From positions 5,857,784-5,921,783 of the forward strand of contig JAUPSS010000004.1 in assembly GCA_040285825.1 (NCBI GenBank): a stretch of 64,000 nucleotides of DNA, written 5' to 3'. The position numbers and the translations under genes were made by a program. Below are positions 1 to 12,999 of the stretch, one piece after another; the first letter of the stretch is position 1, and each line of letters starts with the position of its first letter. A model generated the notes under the pieces. The model ran no database searches. It was not told the DNA's origin and saw nothing but the letters and a program-made list of their open reading frames with translations. The stretch comes from Eukaryota sp. TZLM1-RC. Taxonomy: Eukaryota > Protista > Metamonada: BaSk clade.

Positions 1-3000
1 TAGGAAACCCAGTCAACAACTTTCCAACAGCTCAACAAAATCTTTTAATTCCTCTACAAATTCACCAATCCAGCTCTGATATCAATAGTATTTTTGATTT
101 TAATTCTTCGGTTAGTGAAAACCACATCAGGTCTCAGCGTTCTCCATTTCTAAGACTGGAGATATCAATAAATGATATCAAAATGATTGCGACTAAAGAT
201 TCACACTGCGTTTTGTTCAGTTATTACTGCAGATTTAGCTGAACAATGCCATATGTCAATCAATAGCAAGGATACTATTAAGTTCTTACCAGCTAATAAC
301 GTATCCACAAAATCGCTAGGGAGTACAACTGGTATTCTGTCGTTCAACGTAGGAAGCATTGCGCAACAAGTTCATTATAAACATACTCTTCCCATAATCC
401 CAGGTTCGAACAAATTTTCAATAGGGACAGACATGTTAAAAGCACTTGGGCTTCAGACGGATGATGGTCTTTTCATTAGATTAGACAAAGAACACCACAC
501 TTTGCTAAATGCAGAATCAGAATTCGACTCTAGGATCGCTCAACATTCGATTGGGAACTTAGATAACCAATCACAAAGTCCTTCTGATTTTTAGGAGCAA
601 TTAGCAAGATCTGGATGTGAGATAAATTTAGATGACAGTAATAATAAATTAAAATTAACGAGTCTACTAAAATTATTCAGCGATGTTTTTAGTGAAACTC
701 CTACTAGAAAAGGAATCGATTGTAATCCTCTAACAATCCCCTTTAGCGATGAGAATGCTATTGTACACAAGCCTGCTAGACGGTGAAATCCCAGCAAAAT
801 GGAAATAGCAAACAAAATATTTGATGAACTGATCGAAATGGGTTATGCAGTTGAATCTAATTGTAAATTCAGCTCTCCTATTGTCTTAGTTATATATCCA
901 GACGGCAAGAAACCCAGGTTAACTCGAGATTTTAGTGGTAAAGATGGAGTCAATGCCCACACGATTTCAGTAGAGCCTAATCTATCTAGGATTAGTGATA
1001 TTTTAGAATTTTTGAGTAGAGCAAATTACATCGCCACGCATGATTTACCAAAAGCTTTCTGGCAGATGAATGTAGCTGATAAGGATATTGAGAAAACATC
1101 AATCTCAATTCCTGGAAGGTCAATCATGTTTAAAAGAACTTGCTTCAGATTAAAGAACATCCCAGCAGTTTTTCAAAACGTAATGATGGAAATTTTCCAA
1201 ATAGACGGCGTTTTCATATACATTGACGATATCATAATAGTTGGAACGACATTCGAAGAATTTTATAAGACATTGCAAAGAGTCCTCCAATGCGCCAGAA
1301 ATAGACGTTTAAATATAGGCTTACGTAACTGTAAATTCGTAACATCAAAACACCCTATCGACATTTTAGGAAGTACCTTCCAGGACAAAACTAGATTTAT
1401 AAGTAAGAAAAAAAATCGAAGCCTTGATGAGAATCCCTAGACCAAAAACAGTGAAAGAAATTCGCTCATTGGTAGGATCCATCAATTATATTAGAGATTG
1501 GCTTCCAGGTATTTCTGAATTAATTGCTCCAATTAACGTGCTAATTAAAGGAAAACCCAGAATAATTAAATGGACTAGCAAGCATGACTATTACTTAAAA
1601 CAAATAAAAGACTTAATAGTAAACCACATGCCCCTTGAATTACCAGCTCCGGACAAGCGAGTATTGATAAGTACTGACGCTTCAGATGTAGAAGTAGGAG
1701 GTGTTATTTGGCAAGAAATTGAACCCTACTCCCCTGCAGGAACCTCGCTAAATAAAAGGAACGTAAAACCTTTGTCATTCTATAGTAGATTACTTACAGA
1801 AACACAAAGAAAATGGTCCTCTTTACAAAAAGAATTATATGCAATACTTTTGATCTTAACTGAAAGTTGTTTAGAAAGCTACTTGTTAACTAGACATTTA
1901 ACAATTTTCACAGATCATAAAAACAACGCATGCCCGGCCACAGTCCCAGAGAAAAATAGAATTGTAAAGAGATGGCTGCCGATACTATCTGAATTCGACT
2001 TTGACATAGTCCACGAACCTGGTAAAGACAACCATTGGGCAGATATGTTATCGAGGAATATTGATTTGGATCAAAACGAGGAAACTCCTTCTATTTGTAG
2101 CATAAAAATACCAGATACTTTACTTTCAAATTACGAGATACCTCCACTGGACGATGATTCTGATTCGGATCTTGAAGACATCCCATCAATCTCATCTCTA
2201 AGTAGACACCAAGACCTACCTATTTTTTCTTCTTGGTTCACTAAGATAAGATCTGAACAACAAATAGCCAAAAACAACAACGACTCGTTATTTGAAAATG
2301 CAATTCTAGATGAAAATACTCAAATTTGGAAAAATAACAAAAACAAAATTTTGATTCCAAAGAGCCTCAGAAAACAGGCACTACTATTAATACATGGTTT
2401 GGTTCAATCTGGTCACCTCAGCAAAAACGATAGTTTACACAAACTATCCAAAAGCGATTACTACTGACCCAATATGAGAAAGGACCTCATTAATCATGTC
2501 AAAAGATGCCCAACTTGTCAAAAAACGGCTCCAGTTAAAAGATCAAAAACATCTTCCACAGGATCTTTATGGGCAGATCGTCCTTTTGCCAGATTAAACG
2601 TCGATACAAGTGGACCCCTAAATTCTGACAACGAAGGAAATAAATATCTATTAGTATTTGTAGACTCTTTTACTGGATATACAATCTTAGTCCCTCTAAA
2701 AGAACTCAATGCCTTAGAAACCGCAGATGCCTTAATTTGGAATGTTTGCGCTATCTTTGGCATACCTATGTTAATTCATAGTGATAATGGACCTAAGTTC
2801 GCCAATGAGACTTTCAAAATAGTGTGTAACAGATTAGCGATTGAGATGAGTAACTCAATACCCCACTATTCAGAAAGTAATGGACTTGTAGAACGTCAAC
2901 ATAGAGACGTTCTTCAATGCTTAAGGAAACTATTAATAGATTTCAACGATTACGGAAATTTTCTACTAAAAGCAGAAAAACTGGTTTTACCCCATAAGAA

Positions 3001-3896
3001 CTCATGTTCGGTTCTTCGATTAACCCAAGAACAGACCCTGCTAATATATTTGGAAATTTATCCAAATTTGAAACTAATATCCCCTTATTAGATGACATCT
3101 AAATGAAAAACACTCGTCTACAAGAAAAAAAGGAGGAAGCAGAGCGTCACCAAACATTAAACACTCCGTCTTCAGTAGATAATACTAATTCGTGTTTTTT
3201 AGCATTTAATATTGGTGACTACGTCTTACGTAAAACCAAGCAAAATAATAAATTGCATGGATCTTGGAATGGACCATTTTTAGTTATTGACCTTCCTTCC
3301 AAATCCACTTTATTATTGAAGAATCTTACTACTGGCACAGAATTAAAAGCTGCCAAGAAAGATTGCAAAACCTATAACGTAGAAAATCTATAGGACATTG
3401 AGTTCCTCAAGGCAGTCGCTGCAGGCGATTCCGAAAAACACGTTATAGAGAAAATCCTCTCAGAATACCACTCTGATTCAGGTAGTTTCTGTACTGTTCA
3501 GTGGTTCGGCGGTGAGACAACGGAAGAGTCACTCCATTCAGTTAAACACTCAGAAGCTTATAAGTTATTTAGTATGGATAACAAGAAAATGGGAAAACGT
3601 ACCACTAGTCGACGACAAGGTACCTCCAATGAGTCTACACCTTCTAAGAAGCCTAGACGCAGTAGTAGAATTAGGAAGAGGAGCTAATTCTTAATTTATA
3701 TCGATTATTTATATTATATCGATTATATGTATTTGTTTATAGTTACTTCGTTATTTGTATATAGTTTTTATTTCATATTCATATAAGCTGATTTATTTTG
3801 AAAAAGGGAAGAAGCAGTGTTGGCGCCCTAAGGCTTACATAATATGAATAGAAAATGAATCAGACTTTTCTTTACTACAATAGTCTTTAGGCAACA
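1..3896 (+). mobile_element. Degenerate Ty3/gypsy LTR retrotransposon (PR-RT-RNaseH-IN-chromodomain); 5' part outside the window
   Basis: Domains in gypsy order across broken ORFs: protease-like 187-594; RT 799-1440 (HDLPKAFWQ, YIDD); RNase H 1424-2467 (STDASD, KELYAI, FTDHK, ADMLSR); integrase HHCC/DDE 2474-3091 (CPTC, VDSF, HSDNG, SNGLVER); GPF motif 3103-3393; chromodomain-like IEKIL..VQWFG.ETTEE ~3440-3580; then PPT and LTR. Multiple stops and frameshifts. Confidence 0.93.
3800..3896 (+). repeat. Polypurine tract (3800-3817) and short 3' LTR (3818-3896, TGTTG...CAACA)
   Basis: GAAAAAGGGAAGAAGCAG directly precedes TGTTG. A 5-bp inverted end CAACA lies 79 bp later. The second copy at 58901-58996 loses similarity at the same point. 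Confidence 0.8.
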
Positions 3897-4764
3897 TATT
3901 TTATATTCTTGAGAACAATCAATCTATAACAGTTATGTTTTCTGTACCAAATACGAGATGCATATCAAGGATACTATTAATTGGAACTAAAAACTTTATT
4001 AAGGAATTTGCCACTACCACTGAGAAGAAGGTGCAATGTTGCGGACACAATTACACTACTGAAAAGCCAACAAAGAAGCACAACAAGATGACCCACAATT
4101 TTGAAGGTTTGATAAAATTTAGGGACCCGGACAAAAAAGAATTGATGAAGACTGATGTAGGCAAGTATACAGGAGACATAAGATGCTATGACTGCTATCA
4201 ACAAATACAGATACATTGATTCGAGTACTTCCTTTCTATGAAGGCAGTATTATTTATTTACCATTTATTTAATTGTAGCCGTTTTGTCACTTTAAGATCA
4301 GCAGTTCATGTAGTCGATCACTAGTTGTTTATTATTACCTAATGTGAAAAGAGAGTGTGTATACAATGTAATGGGTTATCATCCATCTGTGGGGTTCGCA
4401 TGCATCATGAATCCTTGGTAACAGGGTGTGAAATAATGTATTTATGTTTTTTATTTTTAATGGTGTTTATCACAAGGAACAGGAATAATTCGAGAAAAGT
4501 AATTCTCTGTCAAGATCAACTGGTGATGACGTGGCGTAATGTGAACTGTAACTAATAAACTAAATACTAATAAAATCTATCTGAATTGATTCATCATTTT
4601 GGTAATGTGTTATGATTCAAAATGATCAAAATATCTGCACAAATTCATCAATGTTATACTAATAAATTTCCCTTTATTCTTAAGTTTTTATGTTTGACAT
4701 TGTTAAATTGTTCATTTATAAGCAGCATTTATGTACAAGCAGAGATTGTGTCGTTAATCTTATC

Positions 4765-5160
4765 CAGGGTATTGATGAGCCTCTATTGAAAGAAACACTG
4801 TCATTAAACAAGCATGTAGATAACAGAGGTGATATTTGGTTACAATTCCATTGATAACTCTGAAGTTGTTGTTGATCACTCCTTCTCGAGTGTTACAACT
4901 GATACTTATATTCAAAGAAGGAAGCTTAATCGTGCAGGTGCGAAAGAATAGCTGACAAAGACTTTGAGGAATCCAATGCCGATAAACGTAGACAACTTGA
5001 TCTTAGAGCTTTCCAAATTTCTATAAATAGAAGACTATCGGTAGAAACAGGAAACTGATTTGAATGATTTCCTAAAATTGGTTCAAGAAAAAACTATGAA
5101 GAAAATTGATGTCTTGGATTAATTCGGTTTTTCTTCGAATATGAAAAGCAATGACGAGAA
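4765..5160 (+). mobile_element. Highly degraded 3' fragment (RLE domain) of a CRE-like non-LTR retrotransposon, family A-like
   Basis: Recognisably similar to ~19670-20130 (EPLLKETLSLN, RGD, RRKLN, FSIN.RLSVE). Confidence 0.7.
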
Positions 5161-5637
5161 CACAAGAAGATATGGTAGGATATGGTAGAGCAAATCCTGT
5201 TTCAATGAACTTAGTCCTAATATTTTTGATTTTTTCTATTAGGTGTTTAAATTCATCACAACAAGAAAGTAATGTTCTTGATTTTTGTACCACTATTGGA
5301 AATTCATGCATTGGTTTGTTAATATTTTATTATTATGTTTTCTGTTGATATAACTTGTGTTTAATTCAAAATTTCATGATGGCTATTATTATTTGATTTT
5401 GAATAATTCAACTAACTTTGAGGTGCTATAGTGTAAAAAGGGTAAAAAACCAAAACTAGGTTGACGAAAATCAGATCAATGGAAAATCTTATGTTTGAAT
5501 CTATTAATCACATGAAAAAACATGAAAATGGTGTAATTGGAGTCCTGAATGCATCAAAGAAAACGTATTGTCAAGATTTTCGAAATTGCAAAATTTAGGT
5601 TAATCCAATTTAATTTTAATTCAATTTAATTTAATTT

Positions 5638-6984
5638 TTATGGAAAACGGCTTTGATCAATTTGTTCCAAATTGCGAAAGTTCTTGATAGACCTTCAATT
5701 TCTATATCTGGATGTATTTGGCATATTCATTTGAAATACAACAAATAAAGCCATTCAGTGGATCCTTTAAGTGTAATCAGCTCTTCAATACTGATAGCTT
5801 TTAATCACTCTGATGGATCATTCAACCTCAGATGTGGTCCTGTAGTATCATACACTGTGTTGAGCAGAAATAAAAAAAGTCTTTTTGAAAAGCAATCAAT
5901 TCACCCAAGCTTTCTGTACCACAAATTTCAGTGGTTGTTGCCATCAACGAGTTTGGCTATGTCTGTGGACATATGCAACCTGGTCATTTCAATCGTTTGC
6001 AATTCATTGGCTTTCTAAAAGATATTATACATAGAAAACGATAGAACTGAATAAAAAAATATATTTCTTGTCCTTGTTGAGTTGATCTGTGGTTTTTTAT
6101 GTGAAGTTTATTGGTTGTAAGAAAAATAATTGAAGTTTAACTAAGTATGAGAATTTTCTACGTTAGTGGCCATATCAAATTGGACAACTGCATCAGCATG
6201 TAAAACAGTAGGTATTGGAGCCGAAGATAACAACGATCTGATAAAATTCGCAATTTCAGCGTCCCTTTTAATGCGTAAAGGCTTAGCGAAACTTTCTACT
6301 ATTTCTTCATATTCTTTTGTGTTTTTCTGGATAAATTGCAAAATCTGTTCTTCTTCTTTTTGGACGTCGCTAAGTTCCAAATTACAATTTCTTAACAACT
6401 TGAATTTGAGAACAGAAGACGGAACAACTGATAAATCGTTGATTTATCAAACGAAAGTTCTTTGAAGCAGCCCCAGGCTTACCCATCAATACTAATGGTT
6501 TTTCATTCATTCCATAAAGTTTAATATTCCTTTCTTTTGCTTGGGCGATAAAGTGAGGAGTCAGAAGTAGCACCAAGTCGTCTAAAACAAGGTGTGAATA
6601 TGACTCAGCTTGTTGGATATACACATCGTGTTCCCCTTCATAAAAGAATTTATGAGTTCCCTTATACGGTGCATATAGTAAATACAATTTGAGAGCAACA
6701 CAACCATCATTATGAACAAAGGAAAAGTAAAGAGGTTGATGGCTTTGAGTACTATCAACTTCATTAAGGTGAGGGTTGACATACGGTGCTGTATGTAAAG
6801 GACTATTGACAGAAGAAAAATCAAGTTGTTGAGCACAAGACTGTCTCCAAGGGAAGTCAAAGTCTTCATCAGTGCGTGGCAATTTGATAGGGTTGCCAAA
6901 TTGTTGATCATCAGATTGTCTCCAAGGGAGGTCACAGTCTTCGTCTGTTCGTGATGAGTGTATAGTGGTGTCAATTGGTGGCAT
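5638..6984 (-). pseudogene. Disrupted gene of unknown family, paralogous to ~13000-14280
   Basis: ORFs 6382-6984 and 6141-6398 are joined by a frameshift. Downstream coding-like frame has stops. N-terminal internal repeat RTDED(C/F)D(L/F)PWRQS. Confidence 0.5.
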
Positions 6985-7029
6985 TAGGTTTGGGGGAATT
7001 GAATTTTGAATTCAGCTTAAGTATTCGTA

Positions 7030-8444
7030 TTTATTGAATTTGCACACTTGATTAAATTAAATCATAACTAATGGGACGACTATCATTAAACCAAGATATC
7101 CTCTACAAAATCTTGATTTACTTGCTGTCTAGCTAAAGCTTCTCTAATTCGATTGAAAAACCGCAGTAATCTATTAATAATGGCAAATTGAATCCGTGAA
7201 CGCCATAAAAAAATATCAAATCATTTCATTGTTTTTTCTTTCACCATTTTTTGGAAGTCATCCAAAAAAGTTTCTGCTTCAACTGATAATCTTCCATTTA
7301 TCGAAAATGGGAAAGCAATAAAAACCAGCTGTGTATTTCTATCGACATTTGCATCTTCAATTTCTTTATCATATTTTCTATGTTTTTCTTTTGCTTTAAA
7401 ATCCAGAGCAGCCACAGGATTAAGTTTTTTTCTGTGAACCAAAGTATCGTTTGCAACATTACATGAGACAAAGTCAACAATAGCTTCAGAATTATCAATC
7501 CAATCACAGTATACATCACCTCTATCATCAGAACCAAAAATTATTCAGAGAAAGTGTTTCCTTCAGCAGGGGCTCTTTGATACACGATATCCTTGCAGTT
7601 TGTGCCATATTGAAAACAGTGTCTCTAACAGCATCATGTAATGAAGAACGATAAGTTATCAATTTAGAGCAATTTAGAGCATGGCGCAAAGTGAGTTGAG
7701 GTGAATTCGAACAAATACATTTTTCTTTTGATAATAATTGGTTAATGGGAATGTTCAAATATAATCTCATTTTTGTTACAAATGCTTCATTAGTGGCACA
7801 CAATCCAAATCTTCGTGGTACAATGGTTACAAAAAGTGAAGAATCTGACGCCTTGTTTTCACAAACACCCTTTTCCAATAACAATGAGTGAAGATCTTGA
7901 TTTAAAACAGCCGAGCTGCAAATATTATTATAAAGATCTTTTCATACATTCCAGTCAATCTTTTCTGTAATGTTCGAAGAGTGTACTTCAAATTTAAAAC
8001 ATTTTTTTCTGGAATATTGCCATTGAATGATTGGGGAAAACATCGACCCCATTTTTCTACATCAATTCTTGAAATTTCTTCATTTAATGCAAAAACAGTG
8101 GAACTTTGCGTTGTCATCAATAAATCTTCCCAATCTGCAAATCTTTCGGAGAACTCAAAGATTGCATTTCTGCATCCGCCAACAAAAGCACACGAGGTAA
8201 GAATAGAAGCCTTCGTCCACCCTAAACCACCATAATGTGGACTAAGGTAAGCATGATCTGGAATTTGAAACATTTTACATCCCAGTAATTGAGACAGAAC
8301 TTTTGCACGTAACTCATTAAACTTTTGAGCCAAAGGTCTAGCGACGAGAGGATTTGTAGATCGAAATATATGATTAAAATTGGAACTAAAACACAGTCTT
8401 ATAATGGTAAATTTGATGTGTTTTTTTATATCTAAATTCATCAT
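7030..8444 (-). mobile_element. 5'-truncated CRE-like RLE non-LTR retrotransposon, family A
   Basis: Near-identical reverse complement of ~18807-20220. CCHC (CICS..HALNC), HDAVRD, EP and RGD..D RLE motifs; two frameshifts. Confidence 0.92.
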
Positions 8445-8522
8445 TCAGCTTAAGTGAAATTCATAGCACAATCTATTTTTGAAAACATCACCCCAACATT
8501 CTTTCAGTCAGACACCCCGCCA

Positions 8523-10073
8523 ATGGGAAAACTTTCCTCACTCCCTCCACCACCTTCTATAGTGCATGATATCAAAGGATCCCGCTCATTTGCTCTTGGA
8601 AAGATGCTCGGTGTCGGTGGGTTCGCTCGTGTCTATGAACTCACCGAAACCAAAACACGGCACAAGTACGCAGTCAAGGTCTTCGAAAAAGAAACGTTAA
8701 AAAAGGATCGTGCTCGTGAAAAACTATCTTCAGAAATACATATCCAACGTGGACTCCATCACCCCAACATCGTGTCGCTCTACAATGCATTTGAGTATGA
8801 TGACAAGGTCTATATTTTACTGGAACTTTGTCCTGGTACAACAGTACATCAATTGCTCCAACGCAGAAAGAAACTAAATGAGTATGAGGCCCGATACATT
8901 TTCAAGAAGATATTGAGTGGCGTCGTATTTCTTCACTCCCGCAATGTAATACATCGAGATCTAAAGCTCCACAACTTTTTCTTTACCACGACGTACGACA
9001 TCAAGATCGGGGACTTTGGCCTCTCAGCACAATTGGTAACAGAGTCTGAATCCCGGAAGACTATGTGTGGAACTCCAAACTATATGGCTCCAGAGATAAT
9101 TCGCCGCGCCGACGAAGGTCACTCCTTCCATGTAGACATATGGTCCCTTGGTATCATTCTCTTCACCATGTTATTTGGTAGACCACCTTTTGAGACTAAA
9201 GACCTCAAATCTACTTATCGTCGTATCACCAGCGTGGACTTTACTTTTCCCGATCTACCCAATGTGTCGGAGGAGGCTAAATCTCTTATTTCTCGCATAT
9301 TGCAAGCTGACCCTCAGTGCCGCCCGTCATTAACTGAAATAGAACTTGATCCGTGGATGCAGGGTTGGGCTCCTCTCTCCCTGTCAAGCGAAGTGTATAC
9401 GACTCCCATCACTCCAAACGACAAGAATCTCAACGAACTCGAACGTACACAATCCCCAGAACCTTCCAACCATCCTTCTGTTCCCTACGTTCTTTGCTGG
9501 ATGGATTATAGCGAGAAGTACGGTCTCGGGTACATCCTGTCTGACGGCACTGTTGGTGCTATGTTCAATGATGAGAGTAAAGCTTTTGTTACCCCAGAGT
9601 TGAAAGAACGAAATGAGTTTGCCTTTATTGACAGGAAATCTGCATCTCCTGATCAGCTTTATGATGCCACTCCTCAAATTCACTCCCTTCGGTATTGTCC
9701 TGATGATCTCAAGAAGAAAAGTAAGCTGATTATGTTGTTTGAAAAGAATCTTAGTGCCCATGTTAAAAGTCGAAACACTGTTTTTTCACATACTCGGCCA
9801 AATAGTTTTGACCAAGTGATTTATCTGAAAAGTTTTCATTGTTCTAATCGAGCAACTTCGTTTAGGCTCTCTAATAGGATACTTCAAGCTAATTTTGCAG
9901 ATCATTCTAAGATTATTGTAGATGTTGGTTGTCAAGTTTTGACCTTTTTGGATGAATCAAAACAGTGTTTAGGGTTTTCTCTAAAAAAGAAGTTGCCTTC
10001 AAACGTGGCTAAGCGACTTCGCTATTTGAAGTCCTTGTTACCAAATTTAGTATCAAGGCCTCCTTCTCAGTAA
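8523..10073 (+). CDS. PLK1: Polo-like kinase
   Basis: GVGGFARVY, HRDLKLHN, DFG, RKTMCGTPNYMAPE; polo-box WMDYSEKYGLGY and FRLSN..LQANF.DHSK. First ATG at 8523. Confidence 0.95.
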   Translation: MGKLSSLPPPPSIVHDIKGSRSFALGKMLGVGGFARVYELTETKTRHKYAVKVFEKETLKKDRAREKLSSEIHIQRGLHHPNIVSLYNAFEYDDKVYILLELCPGTTVHQLLQRRKKLNEYEARYIFKKILSGVVFLHSRNVIHRDLKLHNFFFTTTYDIKIGDFGLSAQLVTESESRKTMCGTPNYMAPEIIRRADEGHSFHVDIWSLGIILFTMLFGRPPFETKDLKSTYRRITSVDFTFPDLPNVSEEAKSLISRILQADPQCRPSLTEIELDPWMQGWAPLSLSSEVYTTPITPNDKNLNELERTQSPEPSNHPSVPYVLCWMDYSEKYGLGYILSDGTVGAMFNDESKAFVTPELKERNEFAFIDRKSASPDQLYDATPQIHSLRYCPDDLKKKSKLIMLFEKNLSAHVKSRNTVFSHTRPNSFDQVIYLKSFHCSNRATSFRLSNRILQANFADHSKIIVDVGCQVLTFLDESKQCLGFSLKKKLPSNVAKRLRYLKSLLPNLVSRPPSQ

Positions 10074-10951
10074 CGAAAATTTTGGAAGTTTTGGTTATTG
10101 AATTTTATTTATTTTTTGTACGTGTGTAATAAATTGTTTCAATTATTTTATGTTAAGAGTTTATGGTGAGTTTTAGACTTTTGTTCAGATACCATCAAGA
10201 AATTGTTTCCAAAAGTCAAGAAAAAATTCAATCGAATTACTTCCAACAAACTGAAGCTTCATAGAAAAATGATTTACCATGAACAGACCTTGCCAAACAA
10301 AAGCTGCCCAATATACATCTCCATCCATCCATTTTTCCTATAGTTGGGAATTCACAACAAATGCTATATTCCTAGGATGGGAAATCACTGAGATAGTAGT
10401 GTTGTTGTCAGTGGTGAAGTGATGATAAAGAGAATGGTATAAATTATCCAATTCCTTCGATTATTTTAACAGGAATAGTTGTCATAACATTGTCCTGCTG
10501 TTTAGTTCATTCAAGCCCCAACAACTGTGTGATTTATCATCTATGGTGTTGAACTTGTATTTTGAAGAGTTTATTACCATGATTCACTTTATTTTATTAT
10601 TATTTTTTGAATAACCAGTTCTTGATGTGATTTAGTGAGTATCAAGCAGTACACTAGTAAATTTTCCTTGATTGTTTATCTAGATATTGTGATAATCTGC
10701 TTCAGATTGCACTCCTTGAGTCAGAGGCAATCAATTTATATGGAATCACAGAAAATGGGGAGAAGAGTTTTCTAGATTCATCTACAATATTCTCAAACAT
10801 AATGTCAACGAAAAGAGTGCGCAACTGACAGAGAAGAAAAGGACAAGGAGAACAAAATTGTCTAAGAAGATAAGTGTCAATTATGATGATGCATCACGTG
10901 ATACAGATTTCCTTTTGGCCTCTTCGCTTTCCCTTTCCTCTCTTCCTTCCG

Positions 10952-12562
10952 ATGCGTCAAATAATGCCTGTTGCTGACATTTTGAAATCTCATAATCTTA
11001 CAAAATTCCTCCCGTATTCCCTACGTGGGGTTGAACGTGAAACTCTCCGTTGTCGTTCAACAGATTCGTCCCATTGTGAAATATCTTATGCACCTCATGC
11101 CCAATCACTTGGTTCTCCTCTTACCAACAAGTATTTCAAGCTTGATTTTAGTGAATCCTTGGAGGAACTAGTATCACCACCTCTCTCCTCTAATGAATGT
11201 GTCATGGAGTTCATGACCATATTGCACTCAATCCTCTCAAAGCATCACCCCGAAGACCTTTTGTGGCCTTTCTCCAGTCCTCCTGCCATTTCATCAAACC
11301 CCCCTCTTGCTAACTTTGGAACATCCCATCCAGCAAGGTTTCGTCACCTCTACAGAGAGTCATTGGAATGTAGATACCGGTCTACCAAATGCCAATTACT
11401 TGCCGGAATTCACTTTAATTTCTCTCTTTCTGAAGATCTTTTTAAATCATTGGGTGGAAACCCAACTGAAACTCGTAACAAAGTCTACATGAATTGTTAT
11501 AAAAATGTTCAACTTTATGCATGGATTATTATGCTCTTGACTGGCTCTTCACCTTATCTTCATCCCAGTTACTTTAATGACTATGAGACTAGTGCCACGT
11601 CATCACCGTCCAGCGCCACGTCAGCATCTCGTGATGTAACGTTTCCAAATGCGACATCTTTGAGGTGTAGCTATTTGGGATATCGTAACCCCAAGCATGA
11701 AGTTTTTGACCGTCCAATCAATTCAGTTTCCGATTACATTGATATGATTACGACTGCCACAACTATTGCTTATGAACCTTTTGGTCAGTGTGCTAAATAT
11801 TTGACCAATAAATTAATTCAAATTCCTGCTGAATTTTATGGAATTATTAGGCCTAAAACACTATTTAATTTAGGTAAATGTGAACCAGAAATTGAAGTGA
11901 ATTCTTGGAAAACTCCAATCTTGCTTGAACAGTCTGGTATTCAGTACCTTGAACTTAGATGCATTGATTGTCAGTTTGATTCTAGTACGGGATTGAGCTT
12001 GGAATTGTTGGATTTATTGGAAGTTTTCATGATATTTGGGTGTTTTTCGCCTGTTTCTGACTTGGATTCTGATATGATGAGAGTTTTAGAAACCTTTTTT
12101 GATGACATTTGCCTACGTGGCGGTGAGCTCTTGGACAAAAATTTGGAGATTCCCAATTTTTTGCAGGAATTAACCAATACTTCAAGAGTTAAAGAATGTG
12201 TTGAATTTTTATTGACAACTGAGTTATTACCAATCGCGCAAGTGTTGGACTTTGCTTACCAGTGTCAGCATTATGAAAATAGCATTAAATACTACATTAA
12301 TTCCTTTAGAAATAATAATTTGAAGTTTCAAAAATTTAGAGAAATTGTAGAAACTCAGTATAATGGTGACTTTACGCTATTTGGATGTCAATTAGCAAGG
12401 CAGTTCAAATCAGAATTGGACGTTGTTAAAATTAAAGAGGACTACCAAACCCATTTTGATATGGAAATTGAGAGGTCTGTCAAAGAATTTCAGTATTTGG
12501 AACAGCGTGATCCTAAGTGTTTTTCATTTGAGCAATATGTTAAAAAAATAGTTGAGGAATAA
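10952..12562 (+). CDS. gshA: Glutamate-cysteine ligase, gamma-proteobacterial GshA type
   Basis: RGVERETLR, LGSPLTN.Y.KLDFSES..ELVSP, LWPFSSP, YRE.L..RY, GIHFNFS, ATSLR.S.LGY, IQ...EFY..IRPK, GIQYLELR..D. Start ATG at 10952 or 10964. Confidence 0.9.
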   Translation: MRQIMPVADILKSHNLTKFLPYSLRGVERETLRCRSTDSSHCEISYAPHAQSLGSPLTNKYFKLDFSESLEELVSPPLSSNECVMEFMTILHSILSKHHPEDLLWPFSSPPAISSNPPLANFGTSHPARFRHLYRESLECRYRSTKCQLLAGIHFNFSLSEDLFKSLGGNPTETRNKVYMNCYKNVQLYAWIIMLLTGSSPYLHPSYFNDYETSATSSPSSATSASRDVTFPNATSLRCSYLGYRNPKHEVFDRPINSVSDYIDMITTATTIAYEPFGQCAKYLTNKLIQIPAEFYGIIRPKTLFNLGKCEPEIEVNSWKTPILLEQSGIQYLELRCIDCQFDSSTGLSLELLDLLEVFMIFGCFSPVSDLDSDMMRVLETFFDDICLRGGELLDKNLEIPNFLQELTNTSRVKECVEFLLTTELLPIAQVLDFAYQCQHYENSIKYYINSFRNNNLKFQKFREIVETQYNGDFTLFGCQLARQFKSELDVVKIKEDYQTHFDMEIERSVKEFQYLEQRDPKCFSFEQYVKKIVEE

Positions 12563-12999
12563 CTTAAATTCAGATAATTTTTATACTTTTTTCTTACGTT
12601 CTATTTATCCCTTATATTGTTGTGCAACAAATAAATTAAATTTAAATATTTGCAATCATTTAATCATTTAATCGATGAATTTCAATCTTGTATTTTTTAA
12701 AAGTTTCTTACAAAAATCGGTAAAAATATGATTTTTCGTTATAAAACATCAACAACTAAAGAAATATACAGAAATCACTTGCCGTTGAATCATAATTACA
12801 CAATTGAACTCAATGTGATCAAAGAATTATGGAACCGTCATTGTTTAATTTCTAGTAAAAATTTAATGCTATGAACTGCTCAAGAAACCAAACAAAAACA
12901 ATTAATGATGAATTTGAGTTGTCCAACTACAATACCAGCATTTTTACAATATTAGCCAATGGTGTGGAAAAGGAAGGAATAAACTAAACATTGGATGAT

